The position numbers and the translations under genes were made by a program. Shown here in pieces: positions 9,082 through 18,060 of a DNA stretch of 64,000 nt. Below the pieces are notes generated by a model, which was not told the DNA's origin, searched no databases, and saw nothing but the letters and a program-made list of their open reading frames with translations. Where the stretch lies: the IMG/VR virus record IMGVR_UViG_3300008261_000005, one strand, 5' to 3'. The DNA is from a virus. The first letter of the stretch is position 1; every line of letters begins with the position of its first letter.

Positions 9082-10713
9082 ATGGACTTACGAGCACTTA
9101 TCAACAAAATGGATCAGCTTTCAGAAGCTGAAGATCCAACAGCAGTTATTGCAAAATATACAGAAATGGGTAAAAAGCCCACAGTAGACATGCCAGCATT
9201 TATTGACCCAAAGGATGGCAAGGTCAAATACATGGATCAAACTAATGCACGTATGGGGGGTGGCGAACCTCAAATTAAAGTTATGCCAAGTGACTGGATC
9301 AAACGTTATGCTCCAGATTTGGCAGCAGCAATAGCGGCACAAGGTGCTACTGGATCTGCTTATGGCTCACAAGAAAAAGGTGGGTTATTTGGTATTAAGG
9401 GCCTTGGCAATTTTGATAAGGGAACTAGCGTTAATACTCAACAAGCTACTGGTGATGCGGAACACAAGAAAACTATTGCAAAAGCTAAAGAATTAATTAC
9501 CAAAATTAAGGCAGCAATCAGCACACCAAATACTGGAAGTCCAAATAGCGGAAGTAGTTATACTGGATCAGTTGGCAACGCTACTAATGAAACTTTAAAC
9601 TTCAAAGGAGCAATTGCTCGCCAGTTAGCTGAAAGTTTTGGGTATCAGTTAGTAGAAGGTGTTGAAGAAGCAAAGCCATTAATGGCAGAACTTGGAAAAA
9701 TTGTACAGGGTTTTGGATCTACAGAAGACCCTGAAATGTTAGCCATTGCGCAACAATATTCAGAGTTACAAAATTCTATGAACAAGACTGCAACAGCTCC
9801 AGGTCAAACAGCAACTCCAACTCCGGGTCAAACAGCAACACCAACACCAGGTAGTCCATCAACTCAAGACTTAACAAAAGCAGCTGGAGAAGCAGGCGAA
9901 GTTGTAGGTAAAAAATTACAACGTTTTAAAGAGCTACTAGCAAAGGCAAATGGAAAACCTGCGGCTGCGGCGGCAGGTGGTGCGCCAGCGGCAACCAATG
10001 CAGCAACATTAAGGGCAGCACAAAATCGAGCTTCTGGTTCTAATCCTTTATCAGCAGACTCAATTACTGCCAATGCAGCTCCTAAAAAGGAAAATATGAG
10101 TGAAGCAGAAAAGTATGCAGCTTTACGTGATCGTTTAGAAGCAATTGAATCAAGAGTTGACGAAGGTCCATTAGACTTAGTTAAAGGTGCATGGAATGCT
10201 GGTAAAGGTATTTACCAAGCTGCCAAGACAGGTTTATCAGGTGCACCAGTTGCAACTGGTAAACTAACATCAACTGGTGCTGCACAAATGACTGGTCAAG
10301 GTTCAAAGAAATTTGCAAAGCAATTGGCAACAATGCCAGCTGCTCAACGTGGTGCTTATCAAGCAGCTAAAGTTGTAAAAAATAATCCAGGCAAAACAGC
10401 ACTTGCCGCAACAGCAGCTGGAGCAACGTTAGGTTACGGTTTAAGTGGTAGTCCAGAAACTCCAGAAACTCCGCCAACTCCAACCGCTACTCCGGTACCA
10501 GGTGGTGGTGGCGGAGGTGGCGGAGGTACACGTCCAACTCCACAACCAACTCCACAACCAACTCCACAACCAACTCCATCAACTGGCGCACTAAGCGATG
10601 AAGAAATGAAAGAGTTAGACACATTAGCTCGATCTTTTAATGACAGCGAAGATGAAGAAATCTTAGGATTACAAAAACAATATAGTGATTTCAAATACTC
10701 ACTACAGAAGTAA
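9082..10713 (+). CDS. Ala/Gly/Pro/Thr-rich probable internal or ejection protein
   Basis: MDLRALINKMDQLSE|AE leader; internal E|A/G/S sites; hydrophobic ALAATAAGATLGYGL segment; P/T-rich repeats. Confidence 0.55.
   Translation: MDLRALINKMDQLSEAEDPTAVIAKYTEMGKKPTVDMPAFIDPKDGKVKYMDQTNARMGGGEPQIKVMPSDWIKRYAPDLAAAIAAQGATGSAYGSQEKGGLFGIKGLGNFDKGTSVNTQQATGDAEHKKTIAKAKELITKIKAAISTPNTGSPNSGSSYTGSVGNATNETLNFKGAIARQLAESFGYQLVEGVEEAKPLMAELGKIVQGFGSTEDPEMLAIAQQYSELQNSMNKTATAPGQTATPTPGQTATPTPGSPSTQDLTKAAGEAGEVVGKKLQRFKELLAKANGKPAAAAAGGAPAATNAATLRAAQNRASGSNPLSADSITANAAPKKENMSEAEKYAALRDRLEAIESRVDEGPLDLVKGAWNAGKGIYQAAKTGLSGAPVATGKLTSTGAAQMTGQGSKKFAKQLATMPAAQRGAYQAAKVVKNNPGKTALAATAAGATLGYGLSGSPETPETPPTPTATPVPGGGGGGGGGTRPTPQPTPQPTPQPTPSTGALSDEEMKELDTLARSFNDSEDEEILGLQKQYSDFKYSLQK
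9796..9850 (+). repeat. coding tandem repeat (PGQTATPT x2)
   Basis: gctccaggtcaaacagcaactccaactccgggtcaaacagcaacaccaacacca; a related APGQTATP copy occurs at 8731-8760 in the upstream gene. Confidence 0.8.
10534..10577 (+). repeat. 12-bp tandem repeat (ccaactccacaa x3 plus partial) encoding PTPQ repeats
   Basis: Read directly from the sequence; follows a poly-Gly run. Confidence 0.9.
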
Positions 10714-10728
10714 TCAAGTATAAGCATT

Positions 10729-10754
10729 AATGGCAGATTTATTCTGCCATTTTT
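10729..10754 (+). terminator. Rho-independent terminator ending the head-protein operon
   Basis: aatggcaga-tttat-tctgccatt stem-loop followed by a T-run. Confidence 0.8.
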
Positions 10755-10775
10755 GTCTTTAAAATTTCTTAGGTG

Positions 10776-10804
10776 TTGACACAGGATGATAATTAATATA
10801 TAAT
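10776..10804 (+). promoter_or_regulatory. sigma70-type promoter
   Basis: TTGACA (10776-10781), 17 bp, TATAAT (10799-10804): perfect consensus. Confidence 0.85.
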
Positions 10805-10827
10805 AGGCTATGTAAAGGAGAATCAAT

Positions 10828-11085
10828 ATGTCAGGTCGTAATTACGGTGCAGAAGAAAAGGCAAAATTGGAGCGTTTGATTAGTGAAGGTTCTACAGTAC
10901 TTCGTGAAATTGAAGATTTATCAGAAGGCTTGAAAGAAACAGTTAAGGCAGTAGCAGAAGAACTCAATGTAAAACCCAGCGTCATTAATCGTGCTATCAA
11001 AATTGCACATAAAGGCGATTGGTCAGCGCACAATGAAGATTGGGCAGAGATTGAAGCAATTCTTGATATCACCAAGCGTATCTAA
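10828..11085 (+). CDS. DsbA/GapR-like double-stranded DNA-binding protein
   Basis: 85 aa helical protein with the L-K-E-x-x-K-x-x-x-E-E-L-x-x-K-P-x-x-I-N-R-x-I-K-I pattern of T4 DsbA-like proteins; AGGAG RBS. Confidence 0.6.
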   Translation: MSGRNYGAEEKAKLERLISEGSTVLREIEDLSEGLKETVKAVAEELNVKPSVINRAIKIAHKGDWSAHNEDWAEIEAILDITKRI

Positions 11086-11107
11086 TAAATATTGCTAGGA
11101 AAGGTCG

Positions 11108-11160
11108 GCGGGCCATAAACCGCAACATGGGTGTTTGTCAGCCGCAAATGACATAAGGAG
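11108..11160 (+). promoter_or_regulatory. tandem hairpins abutting the polymerase RBS (candidate translational operator)
   Basis: gcgg-GCCATAAA-ccgc and tgtca-GCCGCAAA-tgaca, the second followed immediately by TAAGGAG. Confidence 0.55.
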
Positions 11161-11164
11161 AGAT

Positions 11165-13831
11165 ATGAGCTATGTAGACGCATGGTTCGACAGAGACAAT
11201 GACGTTGTCAAAGTTGTCGAACGCAATAAAGACGGCAAGAGGGAATTTAAAGATATCCCGGCCCGTTACTCATTTTACTACGATGATGCAAGAGGAAAAC
11301 ACCAAAGTATACACGGTACTCCAGTTAGCAAAGTTGTTTGTAAAACACAAAAAGATTTCCGCAAGGAAATGGCAATCCACTCCAACAAGAAACTATACGA
11401 AGCAGATATTAACCAAGTATTTGTATGTTTGAGTGAGAATTATATCAATGCCGAACCACCAAAGCTACACGTAGCATGGTTCGACATTGAGGTGGACTTT
11501 GATCCAGAAAGAGGCTACGCAAGTCCAGATGATGCGTTTATGCCAATTACTGCGATTGCTGTTCACCTACAATGGTTAGATACAATGGTTTGTTTAGCAG
11601 TGCCTCCAAAGACAATGACAATGGAGCAGGCTAAAGAATCAATCAAAGACATTCCAGACACTATGCTGTTTGAAACAGAAGCAGAAATGTTAGACACATT
11701 CTTAGATATCATTCAAGATGCAGACATTTTAAGTGGCTGGAACAGCGAGGGATTTGATATCCCGTACACCGTTAATCGTGTGACCAAAACTCTAAGCAAA
11801 GAAGACACTAGACGTTTTTGTTTGTTTAATCAATTCCCAAAACGCAGAGAGTATGAGAAGTTTGGAAAAAGTGCTGTAACTTATGATCTCATTGGTCGTG
11901 TACACTTGGACAGTTTAGAATTGTATCGCAAATACACATATGAAGAACGTCACACATATAGACTAGATGCTATTGGTGAAATCGAAGTTGGTGAAAACAA
12001 AGTTCCATATGAAGGAACTTTGGATCAACTTTATAATCATGATTTCCGCAAGTTTATTGAATACAACAGACAAGATACTGCCTTGTTGGACAAGATGGAT
12101 AAGAAGTTAAAGTTTATGGATCTTGCCAATACACTGGCACACGAAAACACAGTATTGTTACAAACAATTATGGGTGCTGTGGCTGTTACTGAACAGGCCA
12201 TTATCAACGAGGCACATCGTAGAGGCATGGTTGTACCCAATCGTGTTAAGATGGCTGAACGTGAAAATACTGCGGCAGCTGGTGCGTATGTTGCACATCC
12301 AAAAGAAGGCTTGCAAGATTGGATCGGCTCACTGGATATTAATTCACTGTATCCGTCTGCAATTCGTGCGCTTAATATGGGACCAGAAACTATTGTTGGG
12401 CAGTTACGTCAAACAATGACACAAAACTATATTGACAGTTTAATGGCCAAAGGTAAAAGTTTTGCTGGTAGTTGGGAAGGCGTGTTTGCGGCTTTGGAAT
12501 ATACCGCAGTAATGAATCAAGAAGTAGGCACCGAAATTACAATTGATTGGGAAAACGGAGACAGTGATGTACTAAGTGCTGCCGAAGTTTATAGACTAAT
12601 TTTTGAAAGTAAACAGCCTTGGGTGCTGAGTGCAAATGGTACAATCTTCACTTACGAAAAAGAAGGTATTATTCCTGGCTTGTTAAAGCGGTGGTATAGT
12701 GAACGTAAGGAAATGCAAGCCAAACTAAAAGACGCTATCAAAGCTGGTAATAAAATTGAAGAAGAATATTGGGATAAAAGACAACTGGTTAAGAAGATTA
12801 ACCTAAATAGTTTATATGGTGCTATTCTTAACAGTGGTTGTAGATTCTTTGACAATCGTATTGGGCAGTCAACTACATTGACTGGACGCACCATTTGTAA
12901 ACACATGGCTGGCAAGGTAAATGAAATTATTACAGGCGATTACGACCATGTGGGTAAAGCTATTATTTACGGTGATACTGATAGTTGCTATTTCTCAGCG
13001 TATAAAACTTTGAAGAAAGATATTGATAACGGATCATTACCATGGAGTAAAGAAACTGTTGTTTCATTATATGATCAAATTGGAGAAGAAGTAAACAGTA
13101 CATTCCCACAGTTTATGCTTGACTCATTCCATTGTCCAAAGTCACGTGGAGAAGTTATCAAAGCTGGACGTGAAATTGTTGCTAGTAAAGGTTTGTTTAT
13201 TACTAAGAAACGTTATGCTGTTCTTTACTATGATAAAGAAGGCAAACGTAGTGATATAGATGGCAAACCTGGTAAGATTAAAGCTATGGGTTTGGATTTG
13301 AAACGTAGTGACACTCCCGTGTTTATTCAAAACTTCTTAAGCGATGTATTGGAAAAAGTACTAACTGGTGCAACTGAAAAAGAAGTACTAGAAAATATTA
13401 CTCAATTTAGAAGTGAATTTAAAGCACGTCCAGGTTGGGAGAAGGGTAGTCCCAAACGTGCTAACAACATTGCGGAATATCAAGAGAAAGAAAAGAAAGC
13501 TGGTAAAGCTAATATGCCTGGTCACGTTCGAGCAAGCATTAACTGGAATACTCTAAAGCGTATGATGGACGACAAGTACAGTCAACAAATTGTAGACGGT
13601 ATGAAAGTTATTGTTTGTAAAGTAAAACAAAATCCATTAGGGTATACTAGCGTTGCTTACCCAGTAGATGAATTGCGTTTGCCGCAATGGTTTAAAGATT
13701 TGCCTTTTGACCACGCAGAAATGGAACAATCAATTATTGATAATAAACTTGATAACTTGATTGGTGTATTGAAGTGGGACGTGCAAAGTACAGAGGAGAA
13801 GAACACGTTTAATAAACTGTTCGAATTTTAA
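11165..13831 (+). CDS. family B DNA polymerase (T4 gp43-like)
   Basis: Exonuclease FDIEVD, WNSEGFD; polymerase DINSLYPS, KINLNSLYG, YGDTDS, KKRY; ATG at 11165 follows TAAGGAG; C-terminal clamp-binding-like FNKLFEF. Confidence 0.97.
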   Translation: MSYVDAWFDRDNDVVKVVERNKDGKREFKDIPARYSFYYDDARGKHQSIHGTPVSKVVCKTQKDFRKEMAIHSNKKLYEADINQVFVCLSENYINAEPPKLHVAWFDIEVDFDPERGYASPDDAFMPITAIAVHLQWLDTMVCLAVPPKTMTMEQAKESIKDIPDTMLFETEAEMLDTFLDIIQDADILSGWNSEGFDIPYTVNRVTKTLSKEDTRRFCLFNQFPKRREYEKFGKSAVTYDLIGRVHLDSLELYRKYTYEERHTYRLDAIGEIEVGENKVPYEGTLDQLYNHDFRKFIEYNRQDTALLDKMDKKLKFMDLANTLAHENTVLLQTIMGAVAVTEQAIINEAHRRGMVVPNRVKMAERENTAAAGAYVAHPKEGLQDWIGSLDINSLYPSAIRALNMGPETIVGQLRQTMTQNYIDSLMAKGKSFAGSWEGVFAALEYTAVMNQEVGTEITIDWENGDSDVLSAAEVYRLIFESKQPWVLSANGTIFTYEKEGIIPGLLKRWYSERKEMQAKLKDAIKAGNKIEEEYWDKRQLVKKINLNSLYGAILNSGCRFFDNRIGQSTTLTGRTICKHMAGKVNEIITGDYDHVGKAIIYGDTDSCYFSAYKTLKKDIDNGSLPWSKETVVSLYDQIGEEVNSTFPQFMLDSFHCPKSRGEVIKAGREIVASKGLFITKKRYAVLYYDKEGKRSDIDGKPGKIKAMGLDLKRSDTPVFIQNFLSDVLEKVLTGATEKEVLENITQFRSEFKARPGWEKGSPKRANNIAEYQEKEKKAGKANMPGHVRASINWNTLKRMMDDKYSQQIVDGMKVIVCKVKQNPLGYTSVAYPVDELRLPQWFKDLPFDHAEMEQSIIDNKLDNLIGVLKWDVQSTEEKNTFNKLFEF

Positions 13832-13832
13832 T

Positions 13833-14627
13833 ATGAAATTTATTATTGCAGGTTACGGATTTGTAGGTAAGGCAGTTAAGGCTGCTTTAAAATACACTTA
13901 TGAAACTGAAGTAGTTGATCCAGCACTCACTGAAGTTAAAATTTCAGATCATTATGATGCCGCTGGAATTATTATCTGTGTTAATACCCCTAGTGACGAT
14001 AATGGGGATTGTGATATCAGCAACGTGTTAGACGTTATTAGTCAAACACCAGTTCATATGCCAATCTTAATTAAAAGCACAGTAAGTCCAGACAAACTTA
14101 AAGCTATTACAGAAAAATATTCTGAACATAGCATTGCGTATAGTCCAGAGTTTTTAAGAGCAAAGTCAGCAATTGAAGATTTTGCCAAGCAAAAGTATAT
14201 GATTATTGGCGGTGATGATCCGTTGGATTTTTGGCACTGTGCTTTTAGGGGAGCAATGCCAAACTTGTTAGTAGTACACAAGTGTTCAATTGAAGAAGCT
14301 GCAATTATCAAATACGCAACAAATAGTTTTTTAGCAATGAAAGTATCGTTCTTTAATCACATATATGATATATGTGAGGCAAGTGGACATGACTTTGATA
14401 TTGTTAGACACTTAATTTGCCAAGATAACCGAATTGGCACAAGTCACAGCATGGTTCCCGGACCTGATGGTGAAAGAGGTTGGGGAGGGCATTGCTTTCC
14501 AAAAGATACATCGGCGTTTATTCATTACATTAATTCATTAGATCAAAAATTTGATTTATTGGAAACGGTAATAGAGTACAACAAAAAAGTAAAAAAAGGT
14601 GTTGACACAAGCGTCAATATCAGTTAA
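13833..14627 (+). CDS. UDP-glucose/GDP-mannose dehydrogenase family protein (short form)
   Basis: GYGFVG Rossmann motif, CVNTP, IKSTV, SPEFLR, KYATNSFLAMKVSF, GGHCFPKD. Confidence 0.85.
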   Translation: MKFIIAGYGFVGKAVKAALKYTYETEVVDPALTEVKISDHYDAAGIIICVNTPSDDNGDCDISNVLDVISQTPVHMPILIKSTVSPDKLKAITEKYSEHSIAYSPEFLRAKSAIEDFAKQKYMIIGGDDPLDFWHCAFRGAMPNLLVVHKCSIEEAAIIKYATNSFLAMKVSFFNHIYDICEASGHDFDIVRHLICQDNRIGTSHSMVPGPDGERGWGGHCFPKDTSAFIHYINSLDQKFDLLETVIEYNKKVKKGVDTSVNIS

Positions 14628-14630
14628 AAT
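14602..14630 (+). promoter_or_regulatory. sigma70-type promoter for the clamp-dpdA operon
   Basis: TTGACA-17-TAAAAT with upstream A-tracts (UP-element-like), inside the 3' end of the dehydrogenase gene. Confidence 0.7.
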
Positions 14631-14648
14631 ACAAACTTGGAGACCCAT

Positions 14649-15380
14649 ATGAAAAACATTTTACAAGACATCGTAGCACATACACATAGCCTAGGCTTTT
14701 TGCCAACAGTTAAAGTTTCTGGTGAGAACGGAGAAACAACTATTGAATCAATGGCAGAAGACCGTAGCGTTATTGTTAATGCTAAAACACACAAGGTAGT
14801 TACTGAATTTGCAGGCGTATTTGGTATGCCTAACTTAGACAAATTAGCACTACACTTGAAGAATCCAGAATATAAAGAAAACGCAAAGATTAATGTTGTT
14901 ACTAGTCAACGCAACGGCGTAGATATTCCAACAAGTTTGCACTTTGAAAATGCAACTGGCGACTTTGTTAACGATTATAGATTTATGAGTACTGAAGTTA
15001 TTAACGAAAAGTTAAAAAGCGTCAAGTACAAAGGCAACGGTTGGGACATTGAATTTGAACCTTCACTGAGCTCAATCAGTCGTTTGAAATTGCAAGCGGC
15101 TGCACATACAGAAGAAAACGTGTTCCAAGTCAAAACAGACAATGGCAATTTAGTTGTAAGTTTTGGTGATGCAAGTACACACGCTGGTAACTTTGTATTC
15201 CAACCAAATGTTGTTGGTAAATTGAAACACACATGGTCATGGCCAATTAACGCTGTTATTAGTATTCTTAACTTAGATGGTAAGAGCACAGTACGCATTA
15301 GTGATCAAGGCGCTATGCAAATTACAGTTGATAGTGGTATTACAGAATACAACTATATTCTTCCAGCTCAATCTAAGTAA
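14649..15380 (+). CDS. DNA polymerase sliding clamp (gp45-like)
   Basis: About 243 aa alpha/beta protein next to PolB; FGMPNLDKL and Y-R-F-M segments typical of jumbo-phage clamps; start chosen after GGAGA. Confidence 0.65.
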   Translation: MKNILQDIVAHTHSLGFLPTVKVSGENGETTIESMAEDRSVIVNAKTHKVVTEFAGVFGMPNLDKLALHLKNPEYKENAKINVVTSQRNGVDIPTSLHFENATGDFVNDYRFMSTEVINEKLKSVKYKGNGWDIEFEPSLSSISRLKLQAAAHTEENVFQVKTDNGNLVVSFGDASTHAGNFVFQPNVVGKLKHTWSWPINAVISILNLDGKSTVRISDQGAMQITVDSGITEYNYILPAQSK

Positions 15381-16957
15381 TGAATACAAACTTAACGGCT
15401 ACACAAAGCGATTACGCAAAGTTTTTGCCAGCAACGTCGACATTTTATTCGACGTTTGTTGGTAAACAACGTCATTTTAATTATGTAGACCCCACTCGTA
15501 TTCCGCCATCATTTGCACACGGTGCGGAGAGTCTCAACTATTTGGATCCAGACAAGGGTGCATTTTATTATCACTGGTGCTTGTATAGTGCTGGACATGC
15601 TAACTTAGACTTGAATAAGTTTGATCCAAAAGAGGATATGTTCCGTAACAGAGATCGCAATACATCTTGGGTGTTAGGTGACTCTGGTGGTTTCCAAATT
15701 GGTAAAGGCAAATGGACTGGTGATTGGAAAGATCCCAACTGTCCACGTGCAATGAAAAAGCGTAAACAAGTTTTAGCTTGGATGGATACCTTAATGGACT
15801 ATGGTATGTGTCTTGATATTCCAAGTTGGACTGCTAAAAATCCAGAAAGTCCTAAACTAATCGGCATTAGCAGTTATGCTGATGCAGTTAATGGCACATA
15901 TATTAATAATGATTACTTTGTTAATAATCGAAACGGCAATTGCAAGTTCTTAAACGTATTACAAGGCGAGAATCACGGTCAAGCAGATGACTGGTATGAT
16001 CGCATGAAAAAGTATTGTGATCCAAAGCAATACGGTGATCGTGCATTTAATGGCTGGGGTATGGGTGGCCAGAACATGTGTGATGTCGAGCTTGTACTAA
16101 GACGATTAGTTGAATTACGTTTTGATGGATTGTTAGAAAAAGGTCATCAAGATTGGATGCACTTTTTAGGTACAAGTAAATTAGAATGGGCAGTATTACT
16201 TACAGATATTCAACGTGTTGTTCGCAAACATCATAACGAAAACTTTAGTATCAGCTTTGACTGTGCAAGCCCGTTCTTAGCAACTGCTAACGGACAGATT
16301 TATATTCAAACAGAAACAGAAGATCGTAAAAAATGGACATACAGAATGACATCAAGTGCTGATGACAAGAAGTATGCTAACGATACACGTTTGTATAAAG
16401 ACGCAGTTATTCAAGATGGCATTTTAAAAGTATTTGAATCTAGTCCCATTATTGATCAGATTAAACTCAATGAAATTTGCATTTACGGCCCAGGCGATAC
16501 TAACAAGTTTGGACAAGTTAATAAAACATCGTGGGATAGTTTTAGTTATGGCATTATGATGGGTCATAATGTTTGGATGCATTTGAACGCTGTTCAAGAA
16601 GCCAACAGACAATATGATGCTGGTCGTTGCCCTAATATGTTAGTTGACGAACGTTTTGATCAGATATTCTTTAAAGACATTGTTGAAGCATTGTTTGCTA
16701 CAAGCGACAAAGGTACTGCGTTAAAAGTTATCGATGAATTTAGATTCTTTTGGAATCGTGTTATTGGTACACGTGGCGCAAGTGGTAAGAAAGCTATCAA
16801 TGCTCATACAAATTTTGAAAACTTGTTTGAGGTTGTAGAAACTGCTCCAGTTGTTGCACAACCAGTTGTTGAACATAGCGATGAATTTAGTGAAGATGAA
16901 ATTAACAAACTTGATGAACTAGAAACTGAAATCGAGAAAGAAGATGACGCTACCTGA
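15380..16957 (+). CDS. dpdA: tRNA-guanine transglycosylase-like DNA base-exchange protein (DpdA-like)
   Basis: TGT-fold motifs LGDSGGFQ, CLDIP, NVLQG, MGG, HFLG, SFDCASP; folE, queE and a queD-like gene lie nearby. Confidence 0.72.
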   Translation: MNTNLTATQSDYAKFLPATSTFYSTFVGKQRHFNYVDPTRIPPSFAHGAESLNYLDPDKGAFYYHWCLYSAGHANLDLNKFDPKEDMFRNRDRNTSWVLGDSGGFQIGKGKWTGDWKDPNCPRAMKKRKQVLAWMDTLMDYGMCLDIPSWTAKNPESPKLIGISSYADAVNGTYINNDYFVNNRNGNCKFLNVLQGENHGQADDWYDRMKKYCDPKQYGDRAFNGWGMGGQNMCDVELVLRRLVELRFDGLLEKGHQDWMHFLGTSKLEWAVLLTDIQRVVRKHHNENFSISFDCASPFLATANGQIYIQTETEDRKKWTYRMTSSADDKKYANDTRLYKDAVIQDGILKVFESSPIIDQIKLNEICIYGPGDTNKFGQVNKTSWDSFSYGIMMGHNVWMHLNAVQEANRQYDAGRCPNMLVDERFDQIFFKDIVEALFATSDKGTALKVIDEFRFFWNRVIGTRGASGKKAINAHTNFENLFEVVETAPVVAQPVVEHSDEFSEDEINKLDELETEIEKEDDAT

Positions 16958-17189
16958 TGAAAGATATCGAGCAGTATTGCAGACTCAAAAGTTTTTACTT
17001 GAGATTCTAACTACTCCTCGAGTTCCAAAAGCAATTAAAGACGGCGCTAGAAGTTGTTTGCGTCATTATCCTAGCGACTGGGATATGGAGCAGGCCGCAG
17101 AAGCAAGCCCGCATGTGTTTGCCAAACGCATGGAAGAGGTAACTCGAATGTTTAAATCCTACGAGGAAAAGAAAAATGAGCAAGCGTAG
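16944..17189 (+). CDS. small hypothetical protein
   Basis: 81 aa, overlaps both neighbours; PDERYRAV...TPRVPK...LRHYP. Confidence 0.6.
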   Translation: MTLPDERYRAVLQTQKFLLEILTTPRVPKAIKDGARSCLRHYPSDWDMEQAAEASPHVFAKRMEEVTRMFKSYEEKKNEQA

Positions 17190-18060
17190 TCTAGTCATTG
17201 GTATGGGTATTGGAAACTTGTACAAATCTGTGCTAGACAAACTTGGCCACGAAGTTATTACTGTGGATCAGGATATTACAAAAGGTGCAATGTTACCCAG
17301 TATTGATTCTGCTATACTATTGTATGCTCCGTTTGATACTGTACATATTTGTACACCTAACTTTACACATTTTGACATTGCAACCCGAGTTGCACCTGTA
17401 AGTAAAATTGTATTTGTTGAAAAACCTGGTGTTGCTCGATCAGAAAACTGGGCTACATTGGTTCAAACATTTAGCAATACACGCTTCATGATGGTTAAAA
17501 ATAACATGTGGCGTAGTAATATAAGTGAATTAAAGGAATTAGCCGCTAAAGCAAAGACTGTAGACATATTTTGGAGTAGGAAAAATTGTATTCCCAATCC
17601 AGGCAGCTGGTTTACTACTAAAAAATTAGCGTTTGGCGGAGTTAGTAGAGATCTAATGCCACACTTACTAAGTCTTTATGTTGCTATGAATCCAAACTGG
17701 CTAAAAGAACAACAAACTGGAAGACACTCACTACAATGTCATAATCTGGAAAATATTAAAAGTACTGAATATGGAACTATAAATCCTAATGGGACATACG
17801 ATGTGGATGATCGTTGCCATCTGTTATTTGGTAATAAATGGACTTTACTAGCAGATTGGGCTAATATGCATGAAGACGATAGCTCTATTAAATTTACAAT
17901 GGAAGATGGTAGCGTAGAACGTTTTGAACTAGGTTGGTGCCCAGAAGAAGCATATCATAATATGATTGTTGATACTATTGAAAACCTAACTAACAACAAT
18001 TTTTGGCAAGAACAATTACAACAAGACTTTTGGATACATGAAAGGATAGAAGATTTATGA
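17176..18060 (+). CDS. Gfo/Idh/MocA-family NAD(P)-dependent oxidoreductase
   Basis: VIGMGIG, ICTPNFTH, FVEKP, GGVSRDLMPH. Confidence 0.8.
   Translation: MSKRSLVIGMGIGNLYKSVLDKLGHEVITVDQDITKGAMLPSIDSAILLYAPFDTVHICTPNFTHFDIATRVAPVSKIVFVEKPGVARSENWATLVQTFSNTRFMMVKNNMWRSNISELKELAAKAKTVDIFWSRKNCIPNPGSWFTTKKLAFGGVSRDLMPHLLSLYVAMNPNWLKEQQTGRHSLQCHNLENIKSTEYGTINPNGTYDVDDRCHLLFGNKWTLLADWANMHEDDSSIKFTMEDGSVERFELGWCPEEAYHNMIVDTIENLTNNNFWQEQLQQDFWIHERIEDL

Noticed and set aside
11086-11091. TAAATA upstream of the polymerase (and at 24013) as late promoters
   Set aside because: The hexamer is frequent in AT-rich DNA and both sites are already served by consensus sigma70 promoters.
11135-13831. Intein or intron in the polymerase, and the ORF-track start at 11135
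   Set aside because: Length and motif spacing fit an uninterrupted PolB; the ATG at 11165 directly follows TAAGGAG, and the upstream extension is the hairpin leader.
13833-14627. UDP-glucose dehydrogenase as a pseudogene
   Set aside because: No frameshifted remainder follows, catalytic motifs are intact and the ORF abuts the next gene; treated as a short form.
15380-16957. Canonical tRNA-modifying Tgt (queuosine auxiliary gene)
   Set aside because: Lacks the C-terminal CxCxxC...H zinc site of bacterial Tgt, is much longer, and is coupled to the sliding clamp; a DNA-acting DpdA-type role fits better but is unproven.
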